64,000 bases of DNA from Mobula hypostoma. Its lineage: Eukaryota. Positions 61,091-64,000 of this stretch are shown one piece after another (positions within the stretch are counted from its first letter, which is position 1; every line of letters begins with the position of its first letter). A program made the translations under genes and the position numbers. The notes beneath the pieces were generated by a model that saw only the letters and a program-made list of their open reading frames with translations, was not told where the DNA came from and made no database searches. The stretch is taken from positions 156,862,001 to 156,926,000 of the forward strand of contig NC_086097.1 in the NCBI RefSeq assembly GCF_963921235.1, in the 5' to 3' direction.

Positions 61091-62772
61091 AACAGATCAC
61101 AGGAGGGGAATGTTGAATTTATTCATAAGGTGCAGTTTCCAAGAGCCAGTTTCTCTGTAATCAGCTCAGTTGTAAACAGTCCTCATTGCCAAGTGTAGCT
61201 CCAAAATTAATGCAATATTTCAGGCAGTGAACCTTTCTGCAGACCTACCCTCCCGCCTTGGTGTTGAAACAACTCTTACTTGCCCAAGGCTTCTTTCCAC
61301 TTTACCAAGTAATTCCTGATTTATCTGGTTGTCTCTGCTTCTTGTAGCTTCAGACCCTACATGCTAGCCCAAACATCATCCTCTCCCTGTGTAAATAACA
61401 CTTCAATGGAATAAGCAAAAAAAAAGATATCTATAATTATTCTCTATCACTGTGACTCAGTTGTAATGGGCCTAGTTTTGTTCACAGTTTTGTTTTGAAT
61501 GTGATTGTGATCTTGCAGCAATTATGAATAACTTCATTTTGCAGCTGCTGCAGTAAAGATGCCACAGGATAAAAAGGTAATTTTTAGCACCAGAGATGGC
61601 AAATACTTCACACTGAAATTTAGATAGCATGACAGAATCCAGGAATGGATTGTAAAGTGAAATCCCCAGGAAAAAAAGTTAAAAGGGGAATAGAGTGGCA
61701 AACTATAGATACAAATTTAGTTAAAAACATAACATTTTCAGTCCACCAGAAATCACAAGATGTTACAATGCTTCAACAGGTATAAATTCTGTATAATATT
61801 TAGGCTATTGTTAAATATCTGGTTAAGAATTATTCTTGAGTGTTCCAAAGAATCTAATTTCTATCATGGTAATTCAGTATCCAACACTAGCACTGACATA
61901 CAGGAATCCTTCGTGATTCCACCTGCTCTGTTTACAACTTTGCATGTCAGCTCTGCATGCACAGGTATTCAGATTCATATTCCTTGGTATCAAGGAGCAT
62001 GGCTCCACAGCAGTTATATTGTTTACATTAAGTCCAAAGTAGGGAATTCAGATTTTGCATTGTACTCGGGTGGTTTGAGGACTTGTTTCATTTTAATAAG
62101 TATAGCATCAGTACTGGTCACTATGAATCTGGTCATTGTGAAAACACTCCCGATCACCAATGTCCTTTGGAGAAAGAAACTTGACACCCTTGCTTAGTGT
62201 CACCTACGTGCGCCTTTTTTTCTTATATCAAAAGGATTTATTTGTAAGTGCCTTTTGGAGCAGCCAAACAAGCCATTGTCAACACGGATAAGGATGGGCT
62301 TTATGTACAAACAATATTGAGCAAATGGATTAAACAAAACAATTCAAATCAAAATATCATTTTCATTGGAATTATAAAGGCAAATACTTAAGTAATTTTG
62401 TCTCTTTTCTTGAATGGAGCTTGAACAATGTTTTCTAAACAAATGGGGGCCTCTGCTCAATCTTTCAACCATGTCCCTTGTATAAGCCTTTTAGACGTGT
62501 TCTCACTTACCATTTTGCAACTACTCTGTTGCATCAATAACCTTCATGATTCAAACTGGGCAGAGAAAATGGAATATAACTACTACAGTGGAATCATTTT
62601 GTCTTTAGATGATACTCTTCCTACAAAATCTGCCGTAAATAATTCAGGAACAGGAAACATTCCTATCTCCAAAGTAGAGGCAAAGTGACACCATTGTGCA
62701 GATAAATAGTGGAATCTGGGGAAACTGATGGGAAATTAAGGAAAATTAAATAATTCAGATATCTATCTATAG

Positions 62773-62776
<4 letters not shown>

Positions 62777-62806
<30 letters not shown>
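62777..62806. repeat. (GT)15 microsatellite
   Basis: Directly visible. Confidence 0.98.
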
Positions 62807-62808
<2 letters not shown>

Positions 62809-63454
62809 GTTAATTGTATTATTATAGATGAATATTTTAAATGGATTCTTGATGCTTAGCACAATCTTGATAGGCCAAAGGTTCTGTTTCTCTACTATAT
62901 CCCTTTTATGATTTTGTGACTCATTTGAGCTGTTCATTGGTTGATTTTGCTTCTCTTGCAAATGGTTAGAACAATATTTATGAGGCTGGCACACTTATAA
63001 GTCATGATCATTGAGAAGGTTTCATTAGGCCCTGCAAGCACACTCCATTGTTTCACACCCTGATTTGGGTTCAGTCCAATTTGTAGGGATTAGTGTGATA
63101 AATTGGAAATACAGTACATTTGCAATTCAAGCACATTCACTTACTTTCAGAAGGTCACACCATTGATACAGATAAGGCCCCATTTAGCTTATTATTTTAA
63201 AGCAGAAAGTCTTAAGTCATTCCATCATCTTAAATCTGGCGTTTGGCTCCACTGTACTCAGGTGAACTTTCTTAGCATTGATCATTGATTGTATGGAGAT
63301 TGTTCCTTAAATTGCCCATAAAATAACTTGTTTAAAATTGACTAGCAGGCTACTTAAGCTTATAGATATTTTATCCACTTTCATCTCAATCTTTCCTCAA
63401 TGCTTTAATTTCTGTCAATTTCTCTAAATCATTTCTTTAACAAGAATCAATTTT

Positions 63455-63918
63455 CAAGTCAAGTCAAGTCAAATCACTTTTTATTGGCATTTCAACCATA
63501 ACTGCAGGTACAGAACACAGTGAAAATGAGATCAATTCTCCAGGACCATGGTGCTACATGAAACAATACAAAAACTACACTGAACTACATAAGACAAAGC
63601 ACATAAACTACACTGGACTACAGACCAATCCAGGACTGCATAAAGTGCACAAAACAGTGCAGGCACTACAATAAATAATAATAAATAGTAAACAAGACAG
63701 TAGACACAGTAGAGGGTATAGTAGGTTGATGTCAAGCCAGGCTCTGGGTATTGAGGAGTCTGATGGCTTGGGGGAAGAAACTGTTACATAATCTGGTCGT
63801 GAAAGCCCAAATGTTTTGGTGCCTTTTCCAGATGGCAGGAGGGAGAGAGTTTATATGAGGGGTGCGTGGGGTCCTTCATAATGCTGTTTGCTTTGCGAAT
63901 GCAGTGTGTGGTGTAACT
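63455..63918 (-). mobile_element. Rex1-like 3' fragment with (CTTGA)n tail
   Basis: CAAGTCAAGTCAAGTCAA on +. The minus strand gives SIMKDPTHP...LLPSGKG and NSFFPQAIRLLNT. Confidence 0.8.
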
Positions 63919-64000
63919 TTAGGCATCGATGTATCTTTCTCGGTGACAGTGTTCACTTCTGTGAGTTGTAGATGATAGTTATTGGAAAAAATATTAAATC

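Noticed and set aside
61760..62197. 145-aa ORF in unique DNA
   Set aside because: No recognisable domain or splice context; consistent with a chance ORF.

Overview
This is 64 kb of repeat-dense vertebrate genomic DNA. The repeat inventory (dominant CR1 LINEs, a V-domain/HE1-like SINE, Penelope-like elements, Rex1) suggests a cartilaginous fish; this is inference. No confident host gene is present, so the window reads as intron or intergenic DNA, and nearly every ORF in the track is a retroelement fragment or its antisense shadow. Contents: many nested CR1 copies from several subfamilies (three retain ORF1 esterase plus APE/RT), Rex1/Babar fragments and non-autonomous relatives, a decayed Gypsy element, four solo LTRs with 4-bp TSDs, a Tc1 fragment, Penelope-like elements (PLEs) with minimal hammerhead ribozymes and palindromic mini-insertions, tRNA-derived SINEs, a HERO-type restriction-like-endonuclease LINE fragment, and a 41-bp minisatellite derived from Rex1 coding sequence. 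The most notable observation is in the HERO 3' UTR (22416-22533). It holds a complete hammerhead catalytic core (CUGAAGA, GAAA, GUA) with perfect flanking stems, but the strands are in a non-circularly permuted, pseudoknotted order and there is an extra 10-bp helix. Boundaries of old repeats are approximate, and family names come from motif recognition, not database searches.
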